Of a stretch of 64,000 nucleotides of DNA, positions 18,874-30,471 are shown piece after piece (the first letter of the stretch is position 1; each line of letters opens with the position of its first letter). Position numbers and translations under genes: made by a program. Source of the stretch: an uncultured Candidatus Rokubacteria bacterium (GTDB lineage Bacteria; Methylomirabilota; Methylomirabilia; Rokubacteriales; CSP1-6); the NCBI GenBank assembly GCA_963747235.1, contig CAVVEU010000040.1, forward strand, positions 384,001 to 448,000. Direction: 5' to 3'. A model generated the notes under the pieces. The model did no database searches. It was given only the letters and a program-made list of their open reading frames with translations, and had not been told where the DNA came from.

Positions 18874-20626
18874 CAGCGCGAGCCCGGCCCCGCGTCGGCG
18901 GGAGCGCGGCCGTACAGCCAGCGGCCGTTGTGGGCGAAGAGCAGCCGGGCGCTCCGCGGCGGCAGCGAGGCCACGATGCTCTGCGCGGGCTCGCGGGTGG
19001 TCAGGAGATAGGGCGGCCGGGCCGAGGCCCAGGCCTCCGCGAAGCGCGGCGGCGCTCCAGAAGGTCCCCGCCGCGTCGGCGAAGGTGGCGCCGATGCCGA
19101 GCACGCTGCGGGCCGCGTCGAGCAGGACCGGACGATGCCCCGAGTAGAATTCCACCGCGCCCGCGTTCTCGATGGGCCCTTCGAGCACGAGCAGATCCCC
19201 GGGCCCGAGCCGCGCCCGGATCTCCGCGGCCATCACCGTGACCGCGCGGGCCGAGGAGGTCACCGCGAGCCCGATCGCCACCACCGGCACCAGCAGGAGC
19301 ATCACCGCCACCACCGTCCACGCGCCCAGGCGCGCGGAGCGGCGCGCCGCCGCGGCGGCCAGAACCGCGGCGCCCGCGAGCAGCACCACCGCCGCCCACG
19401 CCACCAGCGGCTGCAGCGACGACCACGCGGGATAGGGCGAGGCCTGCCCGAGCGCCGCCTCCTTCCGCGAGTACACGTCGGAGACGCCGAACACCGCCTC
19501 GGTGAAGACCCGCCCATCGCCCGCCGCGGCCCACGCGCAGCCCGCCCCCGCGAGCGCGAAGAGGACGAGATGCGCCGCGATCAGCCCGCGCGGGCGCGGC
19601 GCCACGTCGCGCCACGCGCGCGCCGCGAGCAGCGCCAGCGCGGGATAGGCGGGCAGGCCGTAGTGCGGCAGCTTGAACGGCGAGACCGTGAAGAAGGCCA
19701 GCACGCCCACCGCCCAGACCGCCAGCGCCACCCACGGCAGCTCGTCGCGATCACGCCAGGCGCGCGCGCGAACGAGCGCGCCCACCGCCACCACCGCGGC
19801 CAGGATCCACGGGAAGGCCCCGAAGCCCGCCGCGGTGAGGAACTCGAGCGCGGAGAGCGGCACGTCCTCGTCGGGGAACTGCCGCATGCGCGCGACGTTC
19901 AGCACGTGGTTGTCCACCACCGTGTACCAGAGGAACGCGGGCTCGCGCACCGCGGCCACCACGTACCAGCCGAAGCCGATGACGACCATGAGCGCGACGC
20001 CGACGGGCGGCAGCCACGCGCGCACCGGCCGGAGCCGCCCCGCCAGCGCCGCCGCGATCGCGATGGTCACGAGCGGCCCGAGCAATCCCAGCGGATCCTT
20101 CGCGAGGGCCGCGATACCGAGCGCCGCGCAGCCGAGAACCGGCCAGACCCCGCCGGAACGAGTGCCCGCCAAGAGCAGCCCCGCGAAACCCCAGGCAATA
20201 GCCGCCACGAACAAACTTTCCGGCCTCACGTACCGACCGAACGCCACGAACAGCGCGCAGGACAGCAACGCGAGACCGCCGAGCGCGCCCCCAGCCGGGT
20301 CCGAGTAGTCTGACGCCCAGCAGCGCGGTCCCCGCCACGGCGAGCAGCGCGCCCAGCAGCGGGGCCAGGCGCGCCGCGCCCTCGGTGAGGCCGAAGAGGT
20401 GGAAGGACACCGCGGTCAGCCAGTAGAGCAGCGGCGGCTTGTCGAAGTAGCGCACGCCGTTCAGGCGCAGCGTGAGCCAGCTTCCGCCCAGCAGCTCCCG
20501 GGCGATCTCGGCGTGCTGGCCCTCGCCGGGATCGTCGAACGGAGCCCGGCCCAGCCCCGGGGCCAGCAGCACCGCGGCCAGGGTCACGACCAGGAGGACG
20601 GCGACACTGCCGTCACGCCACCCCAC
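18873..20626 (-). CDS. ArnT/PMT-family (GT-C, GT39/GT83) polytopic glycosyltransferase (frameshifted)
   Basis: DPGEGQHAEIARE, NGVRYFDKPPLLYWL, AKDPLG, PW, KLPHYGLPAYPALALL. Confidence 0.85.
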
Positions 20627-20642
20627 TAGAGGCTGCGGCCGA

Positions 20643-21335
20643 TCATGAGTGCCCGTCGCCCCCTTGCGATTCGAGCCGGCCCTCGCGCATATGGAGGGCG
20701 CGATCCGCGCGGGCGGCCGCGTCGGCCCGGTGCGTGACGAGGATCACCGAGGTCCCGCGGTCCCGGCAGAGCGCGCGCAGCTCGGCCAGGATCACCGCGG
20801 CGTGGCCTTCGTCCAGGTTGCCGGTCGGCTCGTCGGCCAGCACGAGGGGCGGCGCGTTGAGGACCGCGCGGCAGTAGGCCACCCGCTGCTGCTCGCCGCC
20901 CGAGAGCTGCGCCGGGTAGTGATCCGCTCGATGCGCGACCCCGAGCCGGTCCATGAGGACGCGCGCCTCCGACAGCGCCGACGGCCGCGGGCGCCCGACG
21001 TAGCGCGCCGCGAGCAGCACGTTCTCGAGCGCGGTGAGCCCGGCGATCAGCATGAACGACTGGAAGACGTACCCGATGGAGCGCCCCCGCACCCCGCACT
21101 GGGCGCGGCGTGAGAGCCGGCTCACGCACACGTCGTCGAGCCAGATCTCGCCCGCGTCGAGCGGCTCGAGCAGCCCGAGCAGGTTCAGCAGGGTGGACTT
21201 GCCGCAGCCCGACGGTCCGGCCACCGCCACGAACTCGCCCGCCTTCACCTCCACGTCCACGCCGCGAAGCACCGGGACCGGCCGGCCGTCGGGGCCGCGG
21301 AACGTCTTGGTGAGCCCGCGCGCGCGGACGATCAC
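20643..21335 (-). CDS. ABC transporter ATP-binding protein (LolD/MacB type)
   Basis: GPSGCGKST, LSGGEQQRVA, LADEPTGNLD, VTH. Confidence 0.92.
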   Translation of the reverse strand: MIVRARGLTKTFRGPDGRPVPVLRGVDVEVKAGEFVAVAGPSGCGKSTLLNLLGLLEPLDAGEIWLDDVCVSRLSRRAQCGVRGRSIGYVFQSFMLIAGLTALENVLLAARYVGRPRPSALSEARVLMDRLGVAHRADHYPAQLSGGEQQRVAYCRAVLNAPPLVLADEPTGNLDEGHAAVILAELRALCRDRGTSVILVTHRADAAARADRALHMREGRLESQGGDGHS

Positions 21336-21337
21336 CT

Positions 21338-22528
21338 CTAGGCCCCGCGCCGGATGGCCTCGGCGGGCGACAGGCGCACGATCCGGAGGGTGGCGTAGGT
21401 GGCGGCGAGCCCGCCCAGGATGATCGAGAAGCCGAGCGAGAAGCCGAGCAGGCGCGGCGAGAAGAGGAAGAGCTGCTGGCCGTCCCCGCGCGCGTCCACG
21501 AGGATGCCGACCGCGAGGGCCAGCCCCACCCCGAGCAGCCCGCCCGAGACGGACACCCCGAGGGCTTCGCCCAGGATCTCGCGCAGGAGCTGCCCGTCGG
21601 TGGCCCCGAGGGCGCGCTTGATGCCGAAATCGCGGATGCGCTCGAAGACCGCCGCGGTCACCGTGTTGGAGAGGGAGAGCCCGCCGATGACGAGGCCGAG
21701 CGCGCCGACGCCGAAGAGCAGCGCCGAGAAGAACGCGGTGGACTGCCGGAGCAGGCGGCTCAGCTCACCGGGGATCGTCACGTTGAGGCCGGGCACCTCG
21801 GCCTGGATCCGTCGCGCGAGCGTGTCCGGATCCACCCCGTCCGCCCACGCGACCGCGGCCCCCGTGTTCAGATCGCGCCGCCCGAGGCCCCCGGCGCCGC
21901 CCGCGAAGACCTGGACCAGCAGCGGGTCGCGCCGCAGCCAGAGGTCGCGCGCGTCGTCCAGCGGCACGATCGCGAACCGATCGGGGGCGGTCAGCGTCTT
22001 GTCGAGCACGCCCACCACCTGGAACGTCCGGCCGGTCGCCAGGTCGAGCGTCCCGCCCGGCCGCAGGCGGCGCGAGGCCGCGAAGTCGGCGCCGACCACC
22101 ACCACCCCCCGATCGCCCGGCCGAAGGAAGCGCCCGTCGCGCACCGGGAGCTCGCGGAACTCGCGATTGGACATGCGCACCGCCGGATCCACGCCCAGGA
22201 TCAGCTCCTGGGTGAGGGTCAGGAACTGCGACGTGGTGGGATTGAGCGGCAGCATCACCTGCCCCTGCACCGCGGCCACCCCGGGCACCCGCGCGATCTG
22301 CTCGATCTTGGACGCGCGCAGCAGGCCGCCCGCGGTGAAGCCGGTGCCCATGCCCATGCCCTCGCCCGCCACCGAGATCTGGCCCAGCACGAAGCGGTCG
22401 CCGCCGTCGATGAAGCGCGTGATGCGCTCGGCCATGGCGCCCAGCGCGACCAGGCCGGCCACGCCGACCGCGATCCCCAGCACCGTGAAGAGGTAGCCCC
22501 GCGGGAGGAGCCGGCGGATCGCTACCAT
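21338..22528 (-). CDS. ABC transporter permease (FtsX/MacB/LolC type)
   Basis: FTVLGIAVGV, periplasmic core GRFL, ERIRDFGIKRALGA, C-terminal LSPAEAIR. Confidence 0.85.
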   Translation of the reverse strand: MVAIRRLLPRGYLFTVLGIAVGVAGLVALGAMAERITRFIDGGDRFVLGQISVAGEGMGMGTGFTAGGLLRASKIEQIARVPGVAAVQGQVMLPLNPTTSQFLTLTQELILGVDPAVRMSNREFRELPVRDGRFLRPGDRGVVVVGADFAASRRLRPGGTLDLATGRTFQVVGVLDKTLTAPDRFAIVPLDDARDLWLRRDPLLVQVFAGGAGGLGRRDLNTGAAVAWADGVDPDTLARRIQAEVPGLNVTIPGELSRLLRQSTAFFSALLFGVGALGLVIGGLSLSNTVTAAVFERIRDFGIKRALGATDGQLLREILGEALGVSVSGGLLGVGLALAVGILVDARGDGQQLFLFSPRLLGFSLGFSIILGGLAATYATLRIVRLSPAEAIRRGA

Positions 22529-24873
22529 TCGACGCGGGATTCCGTGGTCAGGCCCCGGCGGCGACGGACGAAGCGATTGATGCGGACGATGATGAAGAAG
22601 ACCTCGAGGCCGACCTTCAGCTTGAGCGAGCGGCGCACGAAGGCGCCCCCCGCCAGCACCGCGATGACCGCGTCCACCATGCCCACGATCTCGCGCGGCT
22701 TGAGAAAGATCTCGATGAACGAGGGATCGTAGAAGCTCCGGATGAAGCGCTGGAAGGAGCCGACGCCGTTGCGGACGCGGCGCTGGTAGCCGCGGAAGCG
22801 GCGCTCGACGAAGCGGTTCTCCCGGAACGCCTTCAGGATCTCCACCGACGCCATCTCGGCCGACTGGGACGAGACGTAGACCCCGGAGGAGAAGATCGGG
22901 TCCACGAAGGCGAGGGCGTCCCCCACGCACACGAAGCGGTCGCCGATGGCGGGATCGGTCCGGTACGAGAAGTTGGCCGCGCTGTGCACCTTCGTGATGC
23001 GGGGCGCGTCGCCGAGCGCCTCCTGGAGCGCGCGGCACTGCGGGAATCATGGAGTCGTAGAGCTGCTCCAGGTCCCCGTCGCGCCCGCGCACCGTCCGCG
23101 CGTGGAGCACGCAGCCCACGCTGCGTCGTCCCGTCGGCGAACGGGATGTACCAGAACCAGCCCGCCGGGAAGATGAGGATGCGGATATTGCCCTCCTCCA
23201 GTCCGGGCCAGCGGCGCCCCCCGCGGAAGTGGGCGAAGAGCGCGACCTTGCCGAGCCCCGGGATCGGGCGGCGGTGGCCGTGGCGGGCGGCCAGGAAGGA
23301 GTCGCGCCCGCTCGCGTCCACGAGGAAGCGCGCGCGCACCTCGCGCGGGCCGGCGGCGTCGGTGACCTGCGCGGTCACCCCGTCGGCGTCGAAGGCCACG
23401 CGCTCCACCGTCGCGGGCTGGAGCAGCGTCACGTTCGGCTGGCGGGCCGCGTGGTCGAGCAGGATCTTGTCGAAGTCGCCGCGCTGGACCTCGAAGGCGT
23501 GGGAGGGCCACGGCTTGCCTTCCCGGAACATGAAGTGATGGCCCAGGTCCATGTCCTGGTCGTGGAAGTAGGCCCCGTACTTCGGGATGAAGCCGTGCTG
23601 CTTGACCGCGTCGAGGACGCCGAGACGCTCCAGGACCGTCACGTTGCAGGGCAGGAGCGACTCGCCCACGTGAAAGCGCGGGAAGACCTCGCGCTCGACC
23701 ACCGCCACCGTGAGGCCGCCGCGCGAGAGGAAGGTCGCCGCGCTCGACCCGCCGGGGCCGCCGCCCACCACCAGCACGTCGTAGTCCGCGGAGCGCGCGG
23801 CCGCCGCGGTCCGGGCCGCCGGGACCTCCAGGGTGGCGCCGAGCTCCTCCTGGCGGTAGAGCCGCCGCACCGCCGGGCTGAGCCAGTCGATGCCGACGGC
23901 GGCGAGCGCGCTCCGGCTCAGCGCGAGCGCGAGCATGAGCGGGGTCGCCGCGGTGGCCAGGGCGGCGAGGCGCAGGCCGCGCGCGTGCGGGGAGCGCCAG
24001 CCGTCCTCGACGGACCGGATCGCCCGATCCGCGATGAACGTGCCGATGGCCAGCGCCCAGCCGGGCGGGTTGGAGCGGTGCGGCGCCGCGAACGCGTACA
24101 TCTCCCGGTGCCGCGCCCGGAGGCGCGGGGGGCTGAAGATCCCGATCACGTAGAGCGCGCCCGCGGCGGCCTCGCGCGCCCAGCGCGTCACGATGCGGCG
24201 GGCCAGGAAGGCGCCGACCGCGAGGCCGTCGCGTCCCGGGCGGAAGCGGCTCCGCCGATCCTCGAAGTGGATCGGCGTGATGGGCACCTCGATGATCCGG
24301 CACCCCAGCGCGGCGGCGCGCAGCAGCATCTCGCTCTCCAGCACGAACCCGCCGTGACGCGGCGCCACCGCGGCGAGGAGGCGCGCCGGGTAGACGCGGA
24401 AGCCGGACTGGGTGTCGGCGACCGGGACGCCCGCCCAGCCAGTCGATGAAGAAGCCCGCCACGCGCAGCGCCGCGAGCCGGCCGGCGGGCATCACCTTCG
24501 CCGGCGCGTCCGCGAGCCGGCCCAGGCGCCCGCCGATGACGAAGGCCCCGGGCTCCTCCACCGCGGCCTTGAGCAGGCGCGGGATGTCGTCGGGATCGTG
24601 CTGGCCGTCGCCGTCGAGCGTCACCAGCCACTCGACCCCGCGCTTCCGCCCCTCGGCGAAGGCGTGACGCAGCGCCGCGCCCTTGCCCCGCCGCCGGCCC
24701 AGCGAGACGACCTCCGCTCCGGCCGCGGCGGCCACCGCGGCACTCCGGTCGGTCGAGCCGTCGTCCACCACCAGCACCGGGCCGTGCAGCCGGGCCCGCT
24801 CCACGATGTCGCCGATGGTGGCGGCCTCGTTGAAGACCGGGATCACGATCAGGCGCTCGCTGACTGGATTCAC
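22522..24873 (-). CDS. GT2 glycosyltransferase fused to flavin-dependent halogenase-like oxidoreductase (frameshifted)
   Basis: GT2: IPVFNEA, VDDGSTD, LDGDGQHDP, DTQSGFR. Halogenase-like: VVGGGPGGS, FPRFHVGESL, PKYGA, DASGR, GWFWYIP, GDALAFVDPIFSSGV. Confidence 0.8.
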
Positions 24874-26003
24874 GCGGCCGGCTCCACCACCAGCGCGGTC
24901 CGGCAGCCGCCGCGCGCGATGCCGTGCACGAGCACCGCGGACGTGCCGCGCGCCGCGTCCAGCGCGGCCGCGCCCACGCGCAGCGCGCCGAGCCCGCCGT
25001 GCTGGCCGAAGAGCGGCGCCAGCGAGACCGGCGGCACCAGGTCGTCGGGCGCGGCCAGCTCGCGGCCCAGCAGCGCGCGCTCCCAGTCGTCCACCGCGGG
25101 ATCGCCGTTGCCGGCGCCGTAGCAGCGCGCGACGCCGGTCTTCCCACGCTCGCGGATCAGCCGCGCCACCGGGGAGCCCGGATCCCTCCGCCCCGGGTGG
25201 CCGGTGTGGGGCGCGACCGGCACGTTGCCCCAGGCGGTCGCCGCGATCTCGGCGATGATCCGCGCACCGCGCGCCCGCGCCCCCTCCCGCTCCTCGAGCA
25301 CCAGGAAGGTGGCGCCCTCGCCCAGCACCGGGCCATTGTGATCGGCCGCGAAGGGCCGGCAGCCCTCGGCCCCGCGCCCGCGCATCGGGGAGAGCGCGCC
25401 CATCTGGGCCAGCCGCTCGTACACGTCGTGGAACAGCTCGTCCACGCCGCCCGCCACCACCGCCTCCGCGCGGCCGTCGGCGACCAGGCGCGCGCCGCGC
25501 GCGATCGCGAGATCGCCCGCGAGGGTGGCCTGGTTCACCGTGATGGACGGGGCCTTGGCGCCGATCGCGATGGCCGCGATGGAGGCCATCGTGTTCATCA
25601 CGGTGTTGGGGAAGATCATCGGCGAGAGGCCGGCCGGGCCCCGGCGCAGGAAGCCCAGGGCGAAGTCGCGGCTCGAGGTGAAGTCGCCGTGCTCGGTGCC
25701 CACCACGATGCCGAGGCCGGGCCCGCCCGGCACGTCGGCGTCGCGCACCGCGAGGAGACAGGCGCCGAGGGCGAGGCGGCAGATGCGGGAGAGGCGTCGG
25801 GCCGCGTCCCGATCCACGAGGGACGCGAGCGTGGCCTCGTCCACCTCGGCGGCGAGGCGGCTCGACATCGCCGCGGTGTCGAACGCGCGGACCGGACCGA
25901 TCGCGGAGCGGCCGAGGGCCAGCGCGCCCGCGAGCGCGTCCCGCCCGCCCGCGGTGGACGCGTTGACGGTGCCGATCCCGGTGACGACCACGCGGCGGAT
26001 CAT
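24870..26003 (-). CDS. Ketosynthase-like protein lacking the catalytic triad (chain-length-factor-like)
   Basis: KS fold (VVVTGIG, FPNTVMN, GEGA), but TVNQATLAG replaces the Cys site and both His sites are absent. Confidence 0.75.
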   Translation of the reverse strand: MIRRVVVTGIGTVNASTAGGRDALAGALALGRSAIGPVRAFDTAAMSSRLAAEVDEATLASLVDRDAARRLSRICRLALGACLLAVRDADVPGGPGLGIVVGTEHGDFTSSRDFALGFLRRGPAGLSPMIFPNTVMNTMASIAAIAIGAKAPSITVNQATLAGDLAIARGARLVADGRAEAVVAGGVDELFHDVYERLAQMGALSPMRGRGAEGCRPFAADHNGPVLGEGATFLVLEEREGARARGARIIAEIAATAWGNVPVAPHTGHPGRRDPGSPVARLIRERGKTGVARCYGAGNGDPAVDDWERALLGRELAAPDDLVPPVSLAPLFGQHGGLGALRVGAAALDAARGTSAVLVHGIARGGCRTALVVEPAA

Positions 26004-27256
26004 GTATCCGCTCGGCTCGCCTTCGGCTGCGCCTCGCCCAACTCGGCTTCTCGAAGATCGAGGCTCACGTTCTGGCCGCCGAAGCCGAACGAGTTCGACA
26101 GCGCGGCGGTCACATCGGCGGGGCGCGCGACGCCGGGCAGGCAGTCGAAGGGCACGTCGGGATCCACCTGCTCGAGGTTCGCGGTCGGCGGCAGCAGCCC
26201 GTGCTGGAGCGCCAGGATCGTGGCGGTCGCCTCCACGCTGCCCGCCGCCGCCATCGTGTGGCCCACCAGCGACTTGGTGGAGCTGACCAGCACGCCGCCC
26301 TCGCCGAAGACGCGGCGGAGGGCCAGCGCCTCCGCGCGGTCGTTCTGCGGAGTGCCGGTGCCGTGGGCGTTGACGTAGCCGACCTCGCGGGCGTCGAGCC
26401 CGGCGGCGTCCAGGGCCTGCTGCATCGCGTGGATCATCCCCTCACCTTCGGGATGCGGCGCGGTGACGTGATACGCGTCGGTGGTCATCCCGTAGCCGGC
26501 GAGCCGCGCGTGGACACGCCCGCCGCGCGCCCGGCAGTGCTCCGCGTCCTCGATGACCAGGAACGCGGCGGCCTCCCCGATGGACATCCCGCGCCGATCG
26601 CGGTCGAACGGGCGACACGGCGTGGGATCGAGCAGCTTGAGCGCGTTGAAGCCCATGAAGCAGATGTGGGTCAGCGCGTCCACGCCCCCCACCAGCGCGG
26701 TCGGCGTCACGCCGGCGCGGATGAGATCGGCGCCCAGCGCGATCGAGGCCGCGCCGGAGGCGCAGGCCATGACCACCGTCTCCTTCGGCCCGGTGAGGCC
26801 GAGGCGCCAGCCGAGGGTCTCGGCGTGCGAGAACGGCAGGATCGAGCGCAGCGCGCCCATCCGCGAGGAGGGGCGGCCGCGCGCGACGTCCCAGTACCAG
26901 CCCTCGCCCTCGAGCATGCCGCCGCCGACCGCGCCGACGAGCAGCGCGGCCTCCCGGCGCGCGGCGCCCTCGAGGCCCGCGTCGGCCAGGGCCTCGCCCG
27001 CGGCCGCGAGCGCGATCCGGTCCGCGCGCGAGCGGCGGCGCGACGAGCCGAGCGTGGCGATGACCTCGGCGGGAATCTCGGCCGCGATGCGCGAGCGAAA
27101 GCCCTCGGTCTCGATGACGGTGATGGGCTTGATCGCGCAGGTGCCGGCGGCGAGCCCGCTCCAGAAGCTCTTCACCCCGGCCCCGTAGGGACTCACGATC
27201 CCGAGGCCGCTGACCACGACCTCCGCCCGGCCGTCGCGGGCCGCCGACCGGCTCAT
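26000..27256 (-). CDS. Beta-ketoacyl-ACP synthase (FabF/type II KS)
   Basis: MACASG (Cys), NAHGTGT (His), KSLVGHT (His), SNSFGFGG. Confidence 0.92.
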   Translation of the reverse strand: MSRSAARDGRAEVVVSGLGIVSPYGAGVKSFWSGLAAGTCAIKPITVIETEGFRSRIAAEIPAEVIATLGSSRRRSRADRIALAAAGEALADAGLEGAARREAALLVGAVGGGMLEGEGWYWDVARGRPSSRMGALRSILPFSHAETLGWRLGLTGPKETVVMACASGAASIALGADLIRAGVTPTALVGGVDALTHICFMGFNALKLLDPTPCRPFDRDRRGMSIGEAAAFLVIEDAEHCRARGGRVHARLAGYGMTTDAYHVTAPHPEGEGMIHAMQQALDAAGLDAREVGYVNAHGTGTPQNDRAEALALRRVFGEGGVLVSSTKSLVGHTMAAAGSVEATATILALQHGLLPPTANLEQVDPDVPFDCLPGVARPADVTAALSNSFGFGGQNVSLDLREAELGEAQPKASRADT

Positions 27257-27291
27257 GCCACGCTCATCGCCCGGGGCTGGGCCTCGAGCCC

Positions 27292-27573
27292 TCAGGCCTG
27301 GCCGTTCTTGGCCAGGATGAACCGGGACAGGGAATCCAGCGAGAGGAACTCGTCCGTGAGGTCGTGGGCCTCGTCGATCGTGATCCCGAAGCGCTCCTCG
27401 ATGGCCACCGACAGCTCGATGAAATCGAGCGAGTCCAGGCCCAGCGAGCCGTCGACGCCCTTGGGGAGCGTCGTCTCGAGCGTCATCTCGGCCGCCCGGC
27501 GCGGGTCGAACTTGAGCCGCTCGACGACGAGCCCCTTCAGCTCGTCCAGGACTTCCTTCTGCGTCATCGACAC
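27292..27573 (-). CDS. Acyl carrier protein
   Basis: LGLDSLDFIELSVAIEERFGI phosphopantetheine attachment motif; acidic, ~91 aa. Confidence 0.92.
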   Translation of the reverse strand: MSMTQKEVLDELKGLVVERLKFDPRRAAEMTLETTLPKGVDGSLGLDSLDFIELSVAIEERFGITIDEAHDLTDEFLSLDSLSRFILAKNGQA

Positions 27574-27583
27574 AACCTCCGTT

Positions 27584-28393
27584 TCACGCCGCGCTGCCGC
27601 GCGCGTGGGATTTCTCCGGGCTCCAGTGGAGCCGCGCCTGCTCTCCCCGCCAGCGTCCCGACAGCTCGACCGGCCCCGTCGTCCCTCGCGCGCGCCAGTC
27701 GCGCAGATCCGCGAGCGGGCCCGCCGCGAAGCGCTCGCCCGGCCCGGCGGCTCCGGCCACCCGCCGGCCGTCGCGCGCCGACTCGAACGAGATCGCGCCC
27801 GCGCCCCGCTCCAGCCACAGGCACGCCGCGGTCTCCACCAGCGGCCACCGATAGGAACGGCGGTGGCGCGCGTAGAGGTCCGCGCACTCCTCGAAGATCT
27901 CGACCGCCAGGACCAGGGCCCGGTCGCAGGTGCCGGCCTCCAGCAGCCGGGCCGCCTGCTCGATGGCCCTGAGCGTCGCGGGCGCCCCGCCGATCAGGAT
28001 CCCGTACGGGCCGGCCACCCCGAACTCGATCGCCACCTCCGCCGGCACCACCGCGGGCGCGGTGTAGGCGAAGTGCATCACCCCGCCCCGGCGCTCGATG
28101 AACGCGCGGTTGGAGGCGCCGTAGGCGGCGGCGGTCACGTACAGCAGCGCCGTCCGCTCGCCCGCGATGGCCTCCCGCGAAGCCTTCCCATCTTCAAGCA
28201 TCGCGTCCACGGCCGCAAGGGCCAGGAGGCATTCGCGGGTGGCGCGCCGGAAGCGGTCGCCGGGGCGGTCCGGACGGGGGAGGGCGAGACGCGGTCACCG
28301 TTTCGTTCGGCTCATGCGGGCGCCCGGAATGGCCACAGCGCCTTGCCTCGGCCGGACAGGATGCCCAGGCCGCGGATCGCGGGGGCGGCGCAT
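27584..28393 (-). CDS. Truncated KS N-terminal domain protein (second chain-length-factor-like; 5' frameshifts)
   Basis: RFRRATRECLLALAAV..., HFAYTAPAVVPAEVAIEFG..GP, no catalytic Cys. Lies between KS and ACP. Confidence 0.6.
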
Positions 28394-29574
28394 CAGGCGG
28401 CCTCGAGGACGAGGGCGCCGTTGCAGCCGCCGAAGCCCATGGACGTGCTCAGCATCACGCGGGGCCGTCCGGGGCGCGCCCGGCCGGGCACGTAGTCGAG
28501 ATCGCACTCCGGATCGGGCTCCTCCAGGTGCAGCGTGGGTGGAATCAGGCCCCGCTGCGCCGAGAGCAGGCACATGAAGGCCTCGAGCGCGGCGGCGGCC
28601 CCCATGGTGTGCCCGAGGCTGCCCTTGATGGAGTTGATCGGGATCTCGTGCGCCCGGCGTCCCAGCGCGCGCTTGAGCGCGGCCGTCTCGATCCGGTCGT
28701 TGAGCTGCGTGGCGGTGCCGTGCGCGCTCACCAGGTCGATGTCCGCGGCCGACACCCGCGCGTCCGCGAGCGCGGCCCGGATGGCCCGCTCGAGGCCGCG
28801 GCCCTCGGGCTCGGGCGCCGCGATGTGGAAGCCGTCGCTGGCGCTGCCGTAGCCCAGGAGCGTGCCGAGCCGCGGGCCCCGCGCGTCGCGCTCGCGGACC
28901 AGCAGGGCGAGCGCGCCCGCCTCGCCCAGGAGCAGGCCGCTGCGGCGCCGGTCGAACGGCCGGACCTCGTCGCGGGTGAGCGAGCGCAGGGCGTCGAAGC
29001 CGCGCAGCACGAAGCGGCAGAGCGCGTCGTAGCCGCCCGCCACCACCGCGTCCGCCTCGCCCGAGCGCAGCAGATCGGCGCCGACCGCCATCGCGGTGGC
29101 GCCGGACGCGCACGCGGTGGACACCGTGATCACCGGGCCGCGCGCGCCGAGCCAGCGCGCGAGGGCCCAGCCCGGGCCGTCGTAGAGCGCCTGGGACAGC
29201 CGGCGGCGGTCCCGGTCGCCCGCGAGCGCCTTCTCGCCTTCCTCCACGCCGCCGAGGGCGGTGCCCACCACCACCCCGACCCGCGCCGGATCGAGCGGCA
29301 GTGGGCGGAACGCGGCCTGCGCGCAGAGGTCGTCGGCCGCCGCGATCAGCAGGCGGCTCGCGCGACAGTCGGGCACGCCGCGCCAGTCCTTGATGCGGCC
29401 GAGCTTCTTGACCTCGCCGCCGCGCTGCACGCGCAGGTCGGCCACCGGCACGCGCTCGATCTGCGAGATGCCCGAGGCGCCGGTGACCAGCGACGACCAG
29501 AAGGCCTCGAGGTCCTGGCCGATCGGGGTCACCACCCCGGCGGCGGCGATCACCACGCGCTCAGGCGTGGCCAC
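28393..29574 (-). CDS. Beta-ketoacyl-ACP synthase (FabF/type II KS)
   Basis: STACASG, SAHGTAT, KGSLGHT, STSMGFGG. Confidence 0.92.
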   Translation of the reverse strand: MATPERVVIAAAGVVTPIGQDLEAFWSSLVTGASGISQIERVPVADLRVQRGGEVKKLGRIKDWRGVPDCRASRLLIAAADDLCAQAAFRPLPLDPARVGVVVGTALGGVEEGEKALAGDRDRRRLSQALYDGPGWALARWLGARGPVITVSTACASGATAMAVGADLLRSGEADAVVAGGYDALCRFVLRGFDALRSLTRDEVRPFDRRRSGLLLGEAGALALLVRERDARGPRLGTLLGYGSASDGFHIAAPEPEGRGLERAIRAALADARVSAADIDLVSAHGTATQLNDRIETAALKRALGRRAHEIPINSIKGSLGHTMGAAAALEAFMCLLSAQRGLIPPTLHLEEPDPECDLDYVPGRARPGRPRVMLSTSMGFGGCNGALVLEAA

Positions 29575-30467
29575 CGGGCGGGCTCCAGGCGTCGAAGAAG
29601 TTGAACCACTGGGTCGGGTAGGCGCGGATCACGCGCTCGAGCGCGGCGACCACGGTGGCGAGGCCGGCCTGCTCTTCCCCGGGCTTCACCCAGATCGGCG
29701 GATCGATCTCGAGCCGGTAGCGTCCGCCCGGCGCCATCGCGCAGAAGGCGGGGACCACCGCCGCGCCCGCCGCGCGCGCCAGCACGAAGGGCCCCAGCGG
29801 GAACGCGGCGGGCTCGCCGAAGAAGGGCACGATCGCGTCGCCGCGCCCGCCGCTGGGCCGGTCCGCCTGCATCGCCACCAGCTCGCCGCGCCGGAGCGCG
29901 GCCAGCAGCCCGAGGGTGGACGTCGCGTGATGCCGCGTCACGAAGCGGAGCTGCGGGCTGTCGAGCCGCAGGTAGCGCTCGAGCGCCGCGTCCTGCTCGG
30001 CGGAGAGCACCACGTGGGCGGTGCGGCCACCCCGGGAGGAGAGGAGCCGCCCCGCGAACTCCCAGTTGCCGAGGTGCGCGGTGAGCAGGACCACGCCCCG
30101 CCCCGCCGCGATGGCCGCGTCGAGATGATGCTCACCCTCCGCGGAGGCGACGTAGTCGCGGAGATCGGCGCCAGGGCGGCGATTGAGCGTCAGCAGATCC
30201 GCGAAGAACGCGCCGAAGTTGGCGAAGGTCTCGCGCACCCGCGCGTCGATCACGCCCGGCGGCGCGCCCGCGAGCACGCGGCCGAGATTGCTCCGCACCG
30301 CGCGGCGCTCGGCGGGCAGGGCGCGCGCGAGCAGCCGGCCGAGGCCGCGCGCGAGGCGCAGGCGCGCGGGCCGCGGCAGCGCCGCCGCGGCGGCGGTGGC
30401 CAGCCGGTAGTAGCGCGACACGGTTCAGCCCGTGCGAGTACCAGTCGGGCGCGGGCTCGCTCGCCAT
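29561..30467 (-). CDS. LpxL/LpxP-family (lysophospholipid) acyltransferase (5' frameshift)
   Basis: GRGVVLLTAHLGNWE, MQADR, VPFFG..A.FP.GP, YPTQWFNF. Confidence 0.88.
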
Positions 30468-30471
30468 CAGC

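Noticed and set aside
18286-20268. Apparent ArnT-DedA fusion ORF (660 aa)
   Set aside because: DedA has its own ATG overlapping a TGA at 18871-18875, and the joining segment is out-of-frame-like text, so a frameshift best explains the fusion.
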